Source: Patescibacteria group bacterium
GTDB taxonomy: Bacteria; Patescibacteriota; Patescibacteriia; UBA1558; GWA2-36-10
DNA: 64,000 bases
Reading direction: 5' to 3'
NCBI GenBank assembly: GCA_018819405.1
Contig: JAHJQF010000001.1
Coordinates: 162,097-226,096 of the forward strand
Positions 50,442-59,224 of this stretch are shown here, in pieces. The notes under the pieces were generated by a model. It was not told the origin of the DNA. It searched no databases and saw only the letters and a list, made by a program, of their open reading frames with translations. Position numbers and translations under genes: made by a program. Every line of letters begins with the position of its first letter. Within the stretch, counting starts at the first letter, position 1.

Positions 50442-51185
50442 ATGTGGATTTTTAACAAATTTTTCTACGAACCAATTTTCAATCTTTTGGTTTATATATA
50501 CAATAGTATTCCTGGCCATGATTTGGGTCTGGCAATTATTATTTTGACTTTGATCATCAGACTGCTTCTTTATATCCCTTCCAAAAAATCTATCAAAGCT
50601 CAAAAAGAATTGGCCACCTTACAACCGGAGATAGAAGAGCTCAAAGAAAAATATAAAGCGGACAAAGAAAAGATGGGTCCGGAGCTGATGGCACTTTACA
50701 AAAAAAGAGGAGTCAATCCCCTTTCGTCTTGTCTGCCAATGGTCATTCAGTTGCCATTTCTTTTTGCCATCTATAGAGTTTTCTTCAATGGCCTGACTGA
50801 TGAGCACGCCACAGATGTCTTGTATTCTTTTGTTACTAACCCCGGTGTACTCAATCCTTTAGCTTTTGGATTTTTTAATCTAGCAGAAAAAAGTATTTTG
50901 CTGGCAGTGTTGGCTGGTTTGGCTCAGTTTTGGCAATCTAAAATGATGATGGCCAAAAAAAGACCAGGCAGCAGCTCGGTCATGGCTGGTATGAGCGGAC
51001 AGATGTTGTATATATTTCCTGTGATTACAATTTTTATTGGTTCTAGTTTTCCAGCTGGTTTGACATTTTATTGGTTACTGACAACTATATTTTCTATTGT
51101 TCAACAATACATTGTTTTGGGCACTCGTAAAGCTAAAACTAGTGATGAAAAAACAGTCGAAAATACTAGTGAAAAAAAAGAATAA
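50442..51185 (+). CDS. yidC: Membrane protein insertase YidC (short Oxa1-type)
   Basis: A 247-aa protein with a conserved 'PLSSCLPMVIQLPFLFAIYRVF' TM core, in rnpA-yidD-yidC synteny. Confidence 0.8.
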   Translation: MWIFNKFFYEPIFNLLVYIYNSIPGHDLGLAIIILTLIIRLLLYIPSKKSIKAQKELATLQPEIEELKEKYKADKEKMGPELMALYKKRGVNPLSSCLPMVIQLPFLFAIYRVFFNGLTDEHATDVLYSFVTNPGVLNPLAFGFFNLAEKSILLAVLAGLAQFWQSKMMMAKKRPGSSSVMAGMSGQMLYIFPVITIFIGSSFPAGLTFYWLLTTIFSIVQQYIVLGTRKAKTSDEKTVENTSEKKE

Positions 51186-51263
51186 AATATTTGTTCAATA
51201 TTTTATAAATATATAAAAAACCCTTTATTTAAAGGGTTTTTTCTTATAGTAATATGATAGTTT

Positions 51264-52007
51264 TTAGGCAAAGGTTCGGTCGCTACCGACTATGATTTTT
51301 AATTTTTCCGGGATTACTTTTATCTCAGCTGGAGTTTTCATAATCACCTGATCATCAGTTACAATAGCAACTTGGTCTTCGGCTAGAGAGCCGATTTTTA
51401 TTTTGGTAAATTGTAGCACTGTCTCCTCTATTTTCTTTTTACCAAACACTCCAGAGCGTATGGGAGTAATCACTGCTTCTAGTATTCCATCAATCGGAGA
51501 AGAATAAGAATTTTTTTCATCGGAAAAATTGTATAAAGTTATTTTGCTTTTTTCAGTGACGGGAGAGACTTTATAGTCATTGTACTCTATTGTGACATCA
51601 CCGCTTTCAATTTGAGCAGTATTTACAAAATAATAATTATTTATTTTTCCTAGGTCTATTTTTTTTATAATGCGTGAAGCCAAAACGTCACAAGCCAAGA
51701 TTTTGGGAGGTATACCCAGCGTCTTGGCAATAGGGTTGTCGTTATCAATTGGTATCAGTCCGAGTGTAACATCCAAATCAGCCACCACATTGATGACCTT
51801 GGCAAAAGTTTGAGCGTTTCCAATCGCTACGACAGTTTGTACTCCCTCTTTGACACCATCAGTAATCATCTCTTTCATATTTTTGAGAACTGACAACCTA
51901 GCAATCTTTCCTTTGATGCCTAGGTCAGTCAATCTCTTTTCAATTTTTACCAAAAGGTCGCTATATTTTTTGTCGCTCAGAAAGGAGTCATAAATATAAA
52001 GATACAT
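51264..52007 (-). CDS. DAGK_cat-family lipid-kinase-like protein with a degenerate glycine-rich motif
   Basis: 'LGLIPIDNDNPIAKTLGIP' resembles the DAGK 'GxxPxGTGNDxAR' motif. 'VVAIGNAQT' replaces the GGDGT motif; 247 aa. Confidence 0.45.
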   Translation of the reverse strand: MYLYIYDSFLSDKKYSDLLVKIEKRLTDLGIKGKIARLSVLKNMKEMITDGVKEGVQTVVAIGNAQTFAKVINVVADLDVTLGLIPIDNDNPIAKTLGIPPKILACDVLASRIIKKIDLGKINNYYFVNTAQIESGDVTIEYNDYKVSPVTEKSKITLYNFSDEKNSYSSPIDGILEAVITPIRSGVFGKKKIEETVLQFTKIKIGSLAEDQVAIVTDDQVIMKTPAEIKVIPEKLKIIVGSDRTFA

Positions 52008-52029
52008 AAAGCTTGGCTCCTAGAAATTT

Positions 52030-52455
52030 TTATTTCTCGTTTTCTTCTTTTCTAATTGGCTCGGCCTTTTTATTTTCTTTGGGCTCTTCAGTGGAAATAT
52101 TGCCAATTGGCATATCCAGAGTGCCTTTGAGTAGTGCGCCACTTTCAATGGAAATAATTTGAGCCTTGATGTCGCCCAAAATCATGGCCGTACCGGTTAT
52201 TTCCAGCTTTCCTTTAACATTAATATTTCCTCTAACCTTACCGGAAATAAAGGCATTGTTGGCCTTGATATTGGCATCAACTACAGCATTTTGGCCTATT
52301 TTTAGGTTATTTTTGGTTTGTAAGTTACCTACCAAAATACCTTCTATGACCAAATCCCCTTCGCCTTTAAAATCTCCCTCTACTTTGACTGAAGGGCCAA
52401 TAATGGTTTCAATACTCTTTGAGTTTGGGGCAACTGATTGATTTTTAGAAAACAT
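52030..52455 (-). CDS. Bactofilin (polymer-forming cytoskeletal protein)
   Basis: Beta-helical repeats 'VKVEGDFKGEGDLVIEGILVGNL...VVDANIKANNAFISGKVRGNINVKGKLEI' are typical of the DUF583/bactofilin family. Confidence 0.75.
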   Translation of the reverse strand: MFSKNQSVAPNSKSIETIIGPSVKVEGDFKGEGDLVIEGILVGNLQTKNNLKIGQNAVVDANIKANNAFISGKVRGNINVKGKLEITGTAMILGDIKAQIISIESGALLKGTLDMPIGNISTEEPKENKKAEPIRKEENEK

Positions 52456-52619
52456 AGATTTTATATTATAATTAAATTTTAGGTAGTTTCTGTCCCTTAA
52501 TAGTAGCCAATTCGAGCATTAATGTAAAGAGATAAAACCCCTGATCAAAGCCTTAGTATAGACATTTTATACCTTATATATTAGAATAACTACGTTTTTA
52601 AAAATATACTAGTTAAAAT

Positions 52620-53189
52620 ATGGGCTTAATAAAGGATGCTAGAAATTATGCTATTGAACAAATAAATCAATATGGTAGCCCAGCTATTGAGCTTTTTGAA
52701 ATATCAGAGAAAAAAGCTCTAGAGTTAGCCAAAAAATTAAATCTTGAGATAGAGACTGTTTTAGTCGGTATAGCTCTTATGGACATAAGGCTCGGACAAG
52801 CCTTGTCAGAAGGAAGGATCAGCGAGCACGTTGCTATGAGTGTTGAGGCTAGCCGAGATTTTTTGGCTAATTATAATATTGATGAGAAAAAGAAAGAAAA
52901 TATTATAAATTGTGTGGCTGCTCACCATAAAGACGTAGAATTCACTTGTCCGGAGGCTGAGCTCTGTGCTAATGCTGATAGTTATCGTTTTTTGACGCCA
53001 AGAGGCATATTTATATATTTTCATTTATTAGTCAGTGAAAGACAAGTTAGTTTTTTAGAAACACTGGCCGCTGTCGAGGCTAAAATGGATGAAAAATATA
53101 ATATTTTGTCTTTAGAAATTTGTAAGAATGAGCTTGAAGAAAATTATAAAATGTTTAAAAAAATCTTTGCTCAAGTCAGAGAAAAGTAA
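52620..53189 (+). CDS. HD-domain phosphohydrolase-like protein
   Basis: 'VAAHHKD' and a downstream 'ANADSYRF' (HD...D pattern); 189 aa. Confidence 0.4.
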   Translation: MGLIKDARNYAIEQINQYGSPAIELFEISEKKALELAKKLNLEIETVLVGIALMDIRLGQALSEGRISEHVAMSVEASRDFLANYNIDEKKKENIINCVAAHHKDVEFTCPEAELCANADSYRFLTPRGIFIYFHLLVSERQVSFLETLAAVEAKMDEKYNILSLEICKNELEENYKMFKKIFAQVREK

Positions 53190-53274
53190 AGGATAAAAAT
53201 CGTATCACGACACATTTTATAAACTAAAATTAGACAAAAAGAAAAGAATAAGTAAAAAATAAGATTTTTATTTA

Positions 53275-53349
53275 GACCCCATAGTTTAATGGATAAAACA
53301 AGAACCTCCTAAGTTCTAGATCCAGGTTCGATTCCTGGTGGGGTCACCA
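53275..53349 (+). tRNA. tRNA-Arg (anticodon CCU) with an encoded CCA
   Basis: Folded by hand: acceptor 'gacccca'/'tggggtc', D-arm 'gttt-aatggata-aaac', anticodon arm 'agaac-cuCCUaa-gttct', T-arm 'ccagg-ttcgatt-cctgg', discriminator A and CCA; 75 nt. Confidence 0.85.
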
Positions 53350-53481
53350 GATAGTCAAGGCTTTAATTATTAGAAAAGATCTGCTATTATATAAATATGA
53401 AAAACTTGGACGAGCCCAGTCCTAATAAAATATCTAAAACAAGCTAATTTTTAAAAGCCTTTTTTGGGCTATTTTTAATAT

Positions 53482-54444
53482 ATGACATTTTTTGTACTAT
53501 TAATCTTACTTATCTTATCTTCATGGTTTTCTGGTATGGAGATTGCTTTATTTTCTTTGTCTTCATCAAAGGTAAAAGAGTTGGTAATGGCGAAAAAACC
53601 AAATGCGAATTTATTGCAGAAATTATTGGAAAATAAAAATAGGTTGTTAGTAGTAGTTTTATTGGGTAATAATTTGGTAAATATTGGTGCGGCTTCTTTA
53701 GCTACTGTGGCAGCTGTTAAAGTTTTTGGTGATTTGGGGGTTGGTCTGGCAACTGGAGCTATGACAGTCCTTATTCTCGTTTTTGGAGAAATGTATCCCA
53801 AGGCTTATTTTCAAATTCACGCTACGCGAGTAGCCTTGTTTTTTGCGCCGGCCATATATACTCTGCAAATTATTTTGTATCCAATAGTGCTAATTTTAGA
53901 GAAAATGTTGCATTTTTTGACCAGAGGCAGGGGCAAAAAAATAGTTTCAGAAGGGGAGTTTAGGGCTTTTAGTCGTTTAGCAGTAGAACAAGGGGCACTT
54001 GATTTTGCTGAGCACGAGATGATTATGAATATTTTGGAGTTCAATGATATAAGTGCCAAAGAAATAATGACACCACGATATCGCATGGCTGTTTTAAATG
54101 ATGATGCCGATGTTGATCAGGTAGCTTATTTTGTGGCCCAAGATGGACACAGCAGATATCCGGTTTATCATAATCAAAAGGATAATATTATTGGCTATGT
54201 GCACGTCAAAGAAATAATGAGAGTTTTAAATAGTGAGAAACGCGAAGAAACCTTGGAAAAATTTGTAAAACCAGTTATAAAAGTAAAAGAAAAGACCAAA
54301 ATTAACATTATTTTTAATAAAATGAGACGCCGTAAAAGCCACATGGCCTTAGTTTTAAGAGGGGATGATTTGATTGGTTTGATTACTATGGAGGATATTT
54401 TGGAGCACATTGTGGGAGACATCTTTGATGAGGACGATGATTAG
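53482..54444 (+). CDS. CNNM/CorC/HlyC-family transporter-associated protein (DUF21 TM domain plus tandem CBS domains)
   Basis: N-terminal four-TM DUF21 and C-terminal CBS pair 'ITMEDILEHIVGDIFDEDDD'; 320 aa. Confidence 0.75.
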   Translation: MTFFVLLILLILSSWFSGMEIALFSLSSSKVKELVMAKKPNANLLQKLLENKNRLLVVVLLGNNLVNIGAASLATVAAVKVFGDLGVGLATGAMTVLILVFGEMYPKAYFQIHATRVALFFAPAIYTLQIILYPIVLILEKMLHFLTRGRGKKIVSEGEFRAFSRLAVEQGALDFAEHEMIMNILEFNDISAKEIMTPRYRMAVLNDDADVDQVAYFVAQDGHSRYPVYHNQKDNIIGYVHVKEIMRVLNSEKREETLEKFVKPVIKVKEKTKINIIFNKMRRRKSHMALVLRGDDLIGLITMEDILEHIVGDIFDEDDD

Positions 54445-54576
54445 AAATAGCCGTTTCCAAGAGAAATAAAGTTAATACACAAATATTAGCCAAATTAAAT
54501 AGGCCGCTACGGAGCTATTTGGCCTCTCAGACAATAAACAAACACTTGTGAGCTACACTGGGGCGTAGCTATTTTC

Positions 54577-54605
54577 TTGACAATCCTCATAAAAAGATAT
54601 ATAAG
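54577..54605 (+). promoter_or_regulatory. Promoter TTGACA-N17-TATAAG. It is the first copy of a 25-nt direct repeat 'ctggggc.(3-4 nt).ttattttcttgaca', at 54558-54582 (phased from the TTGACA position).
   Basis: TTGACA at 54577-54582 and TATAAG at 54600-54605. The repeat copy at 55077-55100 carries the promoter of the CsoR-like gene. Confidence 0.45.
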
Positions 54606-54611
54606 AAAAGG

Positions 54612-54895
54612 ATTCTTTGAAATATCTTGGCCAATATGGCCCTAGCGTCTAGTTTGGATAAAAAGGATATCTGATTTGGCTGCTGTGGCTATAAAAGTCA
54701 AAGCCGTGAAAGCTAAAGCGTAATTTGACCTTATAGTCAGAATTTAGTTCTTTATGGTAATTTTTGAGTGAGAGAGCTAGGGTAAGGGGTTCGCGCCCAG
54801 CATCCTTTACGGAGGGTGTCCGAGGACATACTCGGAGGAACTTCTTCCCTGCTGGCCCCACTGACTTCGGTTGGTGGGGCTATTTTATTTGACCC
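54612..54895 (+). ncRNA. Candidate promoter-to-terminator transcript of about 285 nt with a GC-rich structured 3' half; class unknown
   Basis: No credible ORF. The 3' half carries a three-way junction (stem 54797-54802/54850-54855 enclosing hairpins 54819-54836 and 54837-54848). It ends at terminator 'gcccca-ctgacttcggttgg-tggggc' (54855-54880) followed by 'tattttattt'. Confidence 0.3.
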
Positions 54896-55169
54896 CATAA
54901 TCGACAGACCTCAATATCAAGTATTGGGTGAGGATAGTTTAGTTTTGAAGGGATAGTATCATATCAGGGCTGAAATAGAACAGTGGTCTGTCGCTACGGG
55001 GCGGGACGTGGTGTTTAGTTAACCTTAGACAATAAATAAGCTCCAGTGTTTGCCTGCCCGCCATAGCCGGCACGGCAGGCGGGGAACTGGGGCAGACTTA
55101 TTTTCTTGACACATTTTGGACAATATGATAGTATACCCCCATAGGGTATATAAGTATTTAGCTAAATCA

Positions 55170-55430
55170 ATGAAAAAAGCTTGTTGTCCAGAAAAAATAA
55201 TTTCTCAACTTCATAGGATTGAAGGCCAGATTCGGTCGGTAGAAAAAATGTACAATGAAAAACGTGATATTGAAGAAATCATTCGAGTAGTAAAAGCAGC
55301 TAGGGCGTCTATGGATTCTCTAAGTAAGCTTTTGGTGGACGATAAAGTCAGTGGATGTTATGATGGTAAAAAGGTGATTGATAAAAAACAATTGTCCAAA
55401 TTAATTAATATCTTATTTGATTTAAAATAA
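55170..55430 (+). CDS. CsoR/RcnR/FrmR-family metal- or stress-sensing transcriptional repressor. An internal start at 55170 is preferred over the track's 55116.
   Basis: 'KACCPEKIISQLHRIEGQIRSVEKM' and a downstream 'SGCYDG', giving the Cys/His/Cys pattern of the DUF156 family. It lies upstream of trxA-trxB. The promoter is TTGACA at 55095-55100. Confidence 0.65.
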   Translation: MKKACCPEKIISQLHRIEGQIRSVEKMYNEKRDIEEIIRVVKAARASMDSLSKLLVDDKVSGCYDGKKVIDKKQLSKLINILFDLK

Positions 55431-55464
55431 TAATTTAATTGTAAAATAATTAATAATAAAAAAT

Positions 55465-55788
55465 ATGCCATTAGAACTTACAGATCAGACTTTTGAAAAA
55501 GAAGTCAAATCATTTTCAGGTGTAGTCTTAGTAGATTTTTGGGCGCCTTGGTGCGGACCATGCAAAATGCAGGGACCGATTATAGAAGAGGTAGCCAATG
55601 AGCTAAAAGATAAAGAAGGTGTAAAAGTAGCCAAATTAGATGTTGATCAAAATAGTGCTACTGCTCAGGCTTTTAGCGTGATGAGTATCCCGACTTTAAA
55701 AATTTTTAAAAACGGTGAAGTAGTAGAAAATATGGTTGGTCTTCAAAGCAAAGAAGTCCTTCTAGATCTTATAAAAAAACATTCATAA
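55465..55788 (+). CDS. trxA: Thioredoxin
   Basis: 'FWAPWCGPCKM' active site; 107 aa. Confidence 0.9.
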   Translation: MPLELTDQTFEKEVKSFSGVVLVDFWAPWCGPCKMQGPIIEEVANELKDKEGVKVAKLDVDQNSATAQAFSVMSIPTLKIFKNGEVVENMVGLQSKEVLLDLIKKHS

Positions 55789-55794
55789 ATAATT

Positions 55795-56748
55795 ATGGCA
55801 GAACAAAATTATGATGTAATAATTGTCGGGGCTGGCCCAGCAGGACTGACAGCGGCAATTTATACTTCTCGTCGTGCTCTCAAGACCCTAGTCATTTCCA
55901 AAGATGTTGGCGGTCAGCTTGCTTTGACTGATGATGTAGAAAACTATCCTGGTTTTAATACAATTGGCGGTTTGGAATTGTCACAAAAATTTCAAGAGCA
56001 GGCGGCTAAGACCGGTGTAGAATTTTTGTTTGAAGGAGCAGAAAAAATAACCAAAGACGGCAATAATTTTTTGCTGGAAACTAGCACTGGTAAAAAGCTT
56101 GGCGCTAGAACAATTATTTTATGTTTTGGTCTTACACCGCGTACATTGGATGTGCCGGGTGAAAAAGAATTGACCGGCCGAGGTGTCAGCTACTGCGCTA
56201 CTTGTGACGGGCCATTGTATAGAGGCAAAAATGTAGTGGTAGTAGGTGGGGGTAATTCAGCTCTTGATGCTGCGGAGTATTCTTCCAAGCTAGCCAAAAA
56301 GGTGTATATGTTGGTTCGCAAAGATGCTTTTCGCGGTGAGCAGGTTTTGATTGACCACGTCAACAATGCCGAAAATGTAGAAATTATTTTCAATGCCGCG
56401 GCCAAAGAAGTCAAAGGCACAGACAGGGTGGAGAAGTTGGTTTATGAGACCGCAGATGGTCAGCAAAAAGAAATAGAGGTAGAAGGTATTTTTGTAGAGA
56501 TTGGTCATGTGGCCAAGACGGGTTGGTTGGACAATCTTGGTTTGGACATGACAAACAGAAAAGAAATTATTATTAGCCGTGACAATGAGACTAATATTAA
56601 AGGTATTTTTGCGGCTGGTGATATTACTGATATTACTTATAAACAAGCGGTGATTTCAGCCGGGGAAGGATCCAAAGCAGCCTTGCAAGCTTACAAATAT
56701 TTGCAGGGTGATAAGCCGATAGTCCCTGACTGGACACCAAAGAAATAG
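55795..56748 (+). CDS. trxB: Thioredoxin-disulfide reductase
   Basis: FAD motif 'VIIVGAGPAG', redox-active 'CATCDG' and NADPH motif 'VVVVGGGNSA'. Confidence 0.9.
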   Translation: MAEQNYDVIIVGAGPAGLTAAIYTSRRALKTLVISKDVGGQLALTDDVENYPGFNTIGGLELSQKFQEQAAKTGVEFLFEGAEKITKDGNNFLLETSTGKKLGARTIILCFGLTPRTLDVPGEKELTGRGVSYCATCDGPLYRGKNVVVVGGGNSALDAAEYSSKLAKKVYMLVRKDAFRGEQVLIDHVNNAENVEIIFNAAAKEVKGTDRVEKLVYETADGQQKEIEVEGIFVEIGHVAKTGWLDNLGLDMTNRKEIIISRDNETNIKGIFAAGDITDITYKQAVISAGEGSKAALQAYKYLQGDKPIVPDWTPKK

Positions 56749-56879
56749 CCAAGTCATCCTGAATTCCTGCCCGACATGCCTGATGGCAGTGTGGTGGCAG
56801 GTGGGCACTTCAGGATTTAGTCGATTATTTTAATCATTAAGTAGATCCCGGATCAAGTCCGGGATGACAATGTATAGTT

Positions 56880-58109
56880 ATGAATGCTTATGATAATGCA
56901 ATGAGGCAACTGGAAAAAGCCTCAAAGCTTATGAACCTCGACAAAGACGTGTTGTCGAGATTGTCTTCTCCAGAAAGGGTAGTAATGGCTTCTTTACCTG
57001 TCAAAATGGATGACGGAAGTCTTAGAATTTTTCAGGCCTATAGAGTACAGTACAATTCTGCTCGCGGACCATACAAAGGAGGAATTCGCTTTCATCCCCA
57101 AGTTGATTTGGACGAAGTAAAAGCATTGGCTTTTTGGATGACTATTAAGACTTCGGTAGTTGGCATCCCTATGGGCGGTGGCAAAGGGGGAGTGATAGTA
57201 GATCCAAAATCTTTGTCAGTTTCAGAAATTGAAAGATTATCTCGGGCTTGGATTAGAGCCTTTCGCTCAGTGATTGGGCCAGAAAAAGATGTGCCTGCTC
57301 CAGATGTTTATACCACTCCACAAATTATGGCTTGGATGGCTGATGAATTTTCTCAATTGGAAGGCAAGGCCAGTCTAGGCGTAGTAACTGGCAAGCCTCT
57401 AGAATATGGCGGCTCAAAAGGACGCGGTACTTCTACGGCTATGGGTGGATTCTATGTCCTGACGGAAGCAATAAAAGAACTTGGCTTGGAAGCAAAAAAA
57501 ACTAAAGTAGCTATCCAGGGTTTTGGTAATGCCGGAGCAACTATGGCTCATCTTTTGCATGAGGCAGGATATAAGGTAGTAGCTTTGGCTGATTCCAAGT
57601 CCATTGTCTACAATGACAAAGGCATTGATATTGATGAAGCTGAAAATTATAAAAAAGACAAAGGTTCTTTGGCTGGATTAGCTGGTACCAAAGATATAAA
57701 TATCAAAGAATTCTTTGCACTGGATGTTGATGTGATAGTGCCAGCTGCACTTGAAAACCAAATCAGCAAAGATAATGCCAACGACATCAAAGCCAAGATT
57801 GTGTTGGAATTGGCTAATGGTCCGACTACTCCTGAAGCTGATGAAATAATGTTTGAAAAAGGTATTATGTTGATTCCAGATGTACTAGCTAATGCTGGTG
57901 GGGTGACAGTATCTTATTTTGAATGGTTACAAAATATTTCTAACAACTACTGGAGCGAAGAAGAAGTAGATAGTGAACTCAAAGAAAGGATGATTCCGTC
58001 TTTTCAGACAATACTAGAGATGTCCAAAGAATATAAAACTGATTTAAGGACAGCCGCTTTTATTTCGGCTCTTCGTCGCATAGAAGCAGCTAGTAAAGTA
58101 AGAAATTAA
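56880..58109 (+). CDS. gdhA: Glutamate dehydrogenase (Glu/Leu/Phe/Val dehydrogenase family)
   Basis: 'PMGGGKGGVIVDPK' catalytic lysine motif and NAD(P) Rossmann 'GFGNAGA'; 409 aa. Confidence 0.88.
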   Translation: MNAYDNAMRQLEKASKLMNLDKDVLSRLSSPERVVMASLPVKMDDGSLRIFQAYRVQYNSARGPYKGGIRFHPQVDLDEVKALAFWMTIKTSVVGIPMGGGKGGVIVDPKSLSVSEIERLSRAWIRAFRSVIGPEKDVPAPDVYTTPQIMAWMADEFSQLEGKASLGVVTGKPLEYGGSKGRGTSTAMGGFYVLTEAIKELGLEAKKTKVAIQGFGNAGATMAHLLHEAGYKVVALADSKSIVYNDKGIDIDEAENYKKDKGSLAGLAGTKDINIKEFFALDVDVIVPAALENQISKDNANDIKAKIVLELANGPTTPEADEIMFEKGIMLIPDVLANAGGVTVSYFEWLQNISNNYWSEEEVDSELKERMIPSFQTILEMSKEYKTDLRTAAFISALRRIEAASKVRN

Positions 58110-58130
58110 ATTTTTATATAAAAAGAAGAA

Positions 58131-58163
58131 GCACCCCAAGACATGGCAAGGGGTGCTTTTTTG
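58131..58163. terminator. Bidirectional intrinsic terminator 'gcacccc-(12 nt)-ggggtgc' + T6
   Basis: Seen in sequence, between gdh (+) and the GC-rich Cys-rich gene (-). Confidence 0.6.
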
Positions 58164-58184
58164 TTGCGGCGCTTGTGGTGGCGC

Positions 58185-58457
58185 CTAGTTGTTGTCCGGT
58201 TCGGGCTCGGGATCCTGGCGGGGGCGGGGATCACGGGGATCCTGCTGCGGTGGGGCAGCCTCATAGAGAGGCTCTTTCTTCGACTGGAAACATCCGCAAC
58301 TTTCGTTGCAACTTTCCTTGCCACACTGGCACCTGCTCATGGGGAGCCTCCTCGGGATTGGGTGATGAAGTCCATTAGATCCCATGATTGGAATGCCGGC
58401 GAGATCATCTCTGCCTTCGGTTTCGTACCAATCGCCGGTTCCAAAACAACCGCCCAT
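58185..58457 (-). CDS. GC-rich (about 63% GC) small Cys-rich, Pro/acidic-tailed protein (90 aa), unknown function; compositionally foreign
   Basis: AGGAGG SD 6 nt before the ATG, and a perfect TTGACA-N17-TATAAT promoter on the minus strand (58499-58527). 'CQCGKESCNESCGC' is a putative metal-binding cluster, and the tail is '...DPRDPRPRQDPEPEPDNN'. The overlapping plus-strand ORF 58143-58472 is judged spurious. Confidence 0.4.
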   Translation of the reverse strand: MGGCFGTGDWYETEGRDDLAGIPIMGSNGLHHPIPRRLPMSRCQCGKESCNESCGCFQSKKEPLYEAAPPQQDPRDPRPRQDPEPEPDNN

Positions 58458-58498
58458 AGGGCACCTCCTTAAAGATAATAGTGGTAGTCAGTTATAAG

Positions 58499-58527
58499 AT
58501 TATAACCAGCCTTATATTTTTTGTCAA
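58499..58527 (-). promoter_or_regulatory. Consensus sigma70 promoter TTGACA-N17-TATAAT (minus strand) for the Cys-rich gene
   Basis: Seen in sequence: 'ttgacaaaaaatataaggctggtTATAAT'. Confidence 0.55.
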
Positions 58528-58566
58528 AAGTAAAACACCGAGCTTCCGTGGAGAGGTTCGGTGTTT

Positions 58567-59190
58567 TTATGATGGTAGGTCTTGCCGACAAGTGACAGCA
58601 AATGGATTGCTGGTCAGCACCTTATCTAGATCAAAACCTTGCAATAAGTGGAATCCGTTTTCACTGGTCTCCGGCAGATCGTCTAGACAGTGAAATATAA
58701 GGTAGCTTTTGAGGCAGACAACTTTGGGACAGTTGGCAAAGGCTTGGCCAAGGTCAAATTCGTAGAGAAAGTCTAGCTCGCTTGGGGGTTGGTATATTTC
58801 TAGCAAATAATCTCTGGCCATTATTTGAGCAGTCATTTCCGATTTTGTTTCGGGATCACTTATGGACTCTACAAACATTTCCAATACCTCATCCATACTG
58901 GGTTCTATAGCAATGAGGTCGTCTAGACCGTTTAGATTACGGTCATAAGTGTCTTCCGGAAAAATCGGTAGACCGCATTCTTCCAGGTCAAACCAGTCTG
59001 GCGGGCAGCTAGTATCTTGGGTAGTTTTTTCTTCATCAGAAAAAACAAGTGTTTCCTCCTGGTCTAGTTCTCTGAGGTGATCGTAACCGTCAGTCAGGGG
59101 CAAGATTATAAGGTAATTTTTGTCCAGTTGAGCCATCATTCCCTCCTTGGTGTCAATGTTCGCGACTTCCATCTTAATTATACCCAGCAT
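58567..59190 (-). CDS. hypothetical highly acidic protein (207 aa, intermediate GC of about 43%)
   Basis: An ORF rich in Asp/Glu with no known motif. The start is ambiguous (59190, or an internal Met at 59139/59136 next to a 'ggaggg' SD). Confidence 0.35.
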   Translation of the reverse strand: MLGIIKMEVANIDTKEGMMAQLDKNYLIILPLTDGYDHLRELDQEETLVFSDEEKTTQDTSCPPDWFDLEECGLPIFPEDTYDRNLNGLDDLIAIEPSMDEVLEMFVESISDPETKSEMTAQIMARDYLLEIYQPPSELDFLYEFDLGQAFANCPKVVCLKSYLIFHCLDDLPETSENGFHLLQGFDLDKVLTSNPFAVTCRQDLPS

Positions 59191-59224
59191 TTCTTTTTTC
59201 TGTCAAAAATTATATAATTTTATT

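Noticed and set aside
58143-58472. Plus-strand 109-aa ORF overlapping the Cys-rich gene
   Set aside because: It has no SD or promoter in that orientation. The minus-strand frame has a perfect promoter and SD. The plus-frame product is a low-complexity Arg/Leu/Gly artefact of the GC-rich DNA.
58185-59190. Resemblance of the Pro/Glu-rich tail ('DPEPEPD') and Cys cluster to adenoviral E1A-like proteins
   Set aside because: The resemblance is only low-complexity compositional similarity. The Cys spacing does not match the E1A CR3 zinc finger, and there is no LxCxE motif.
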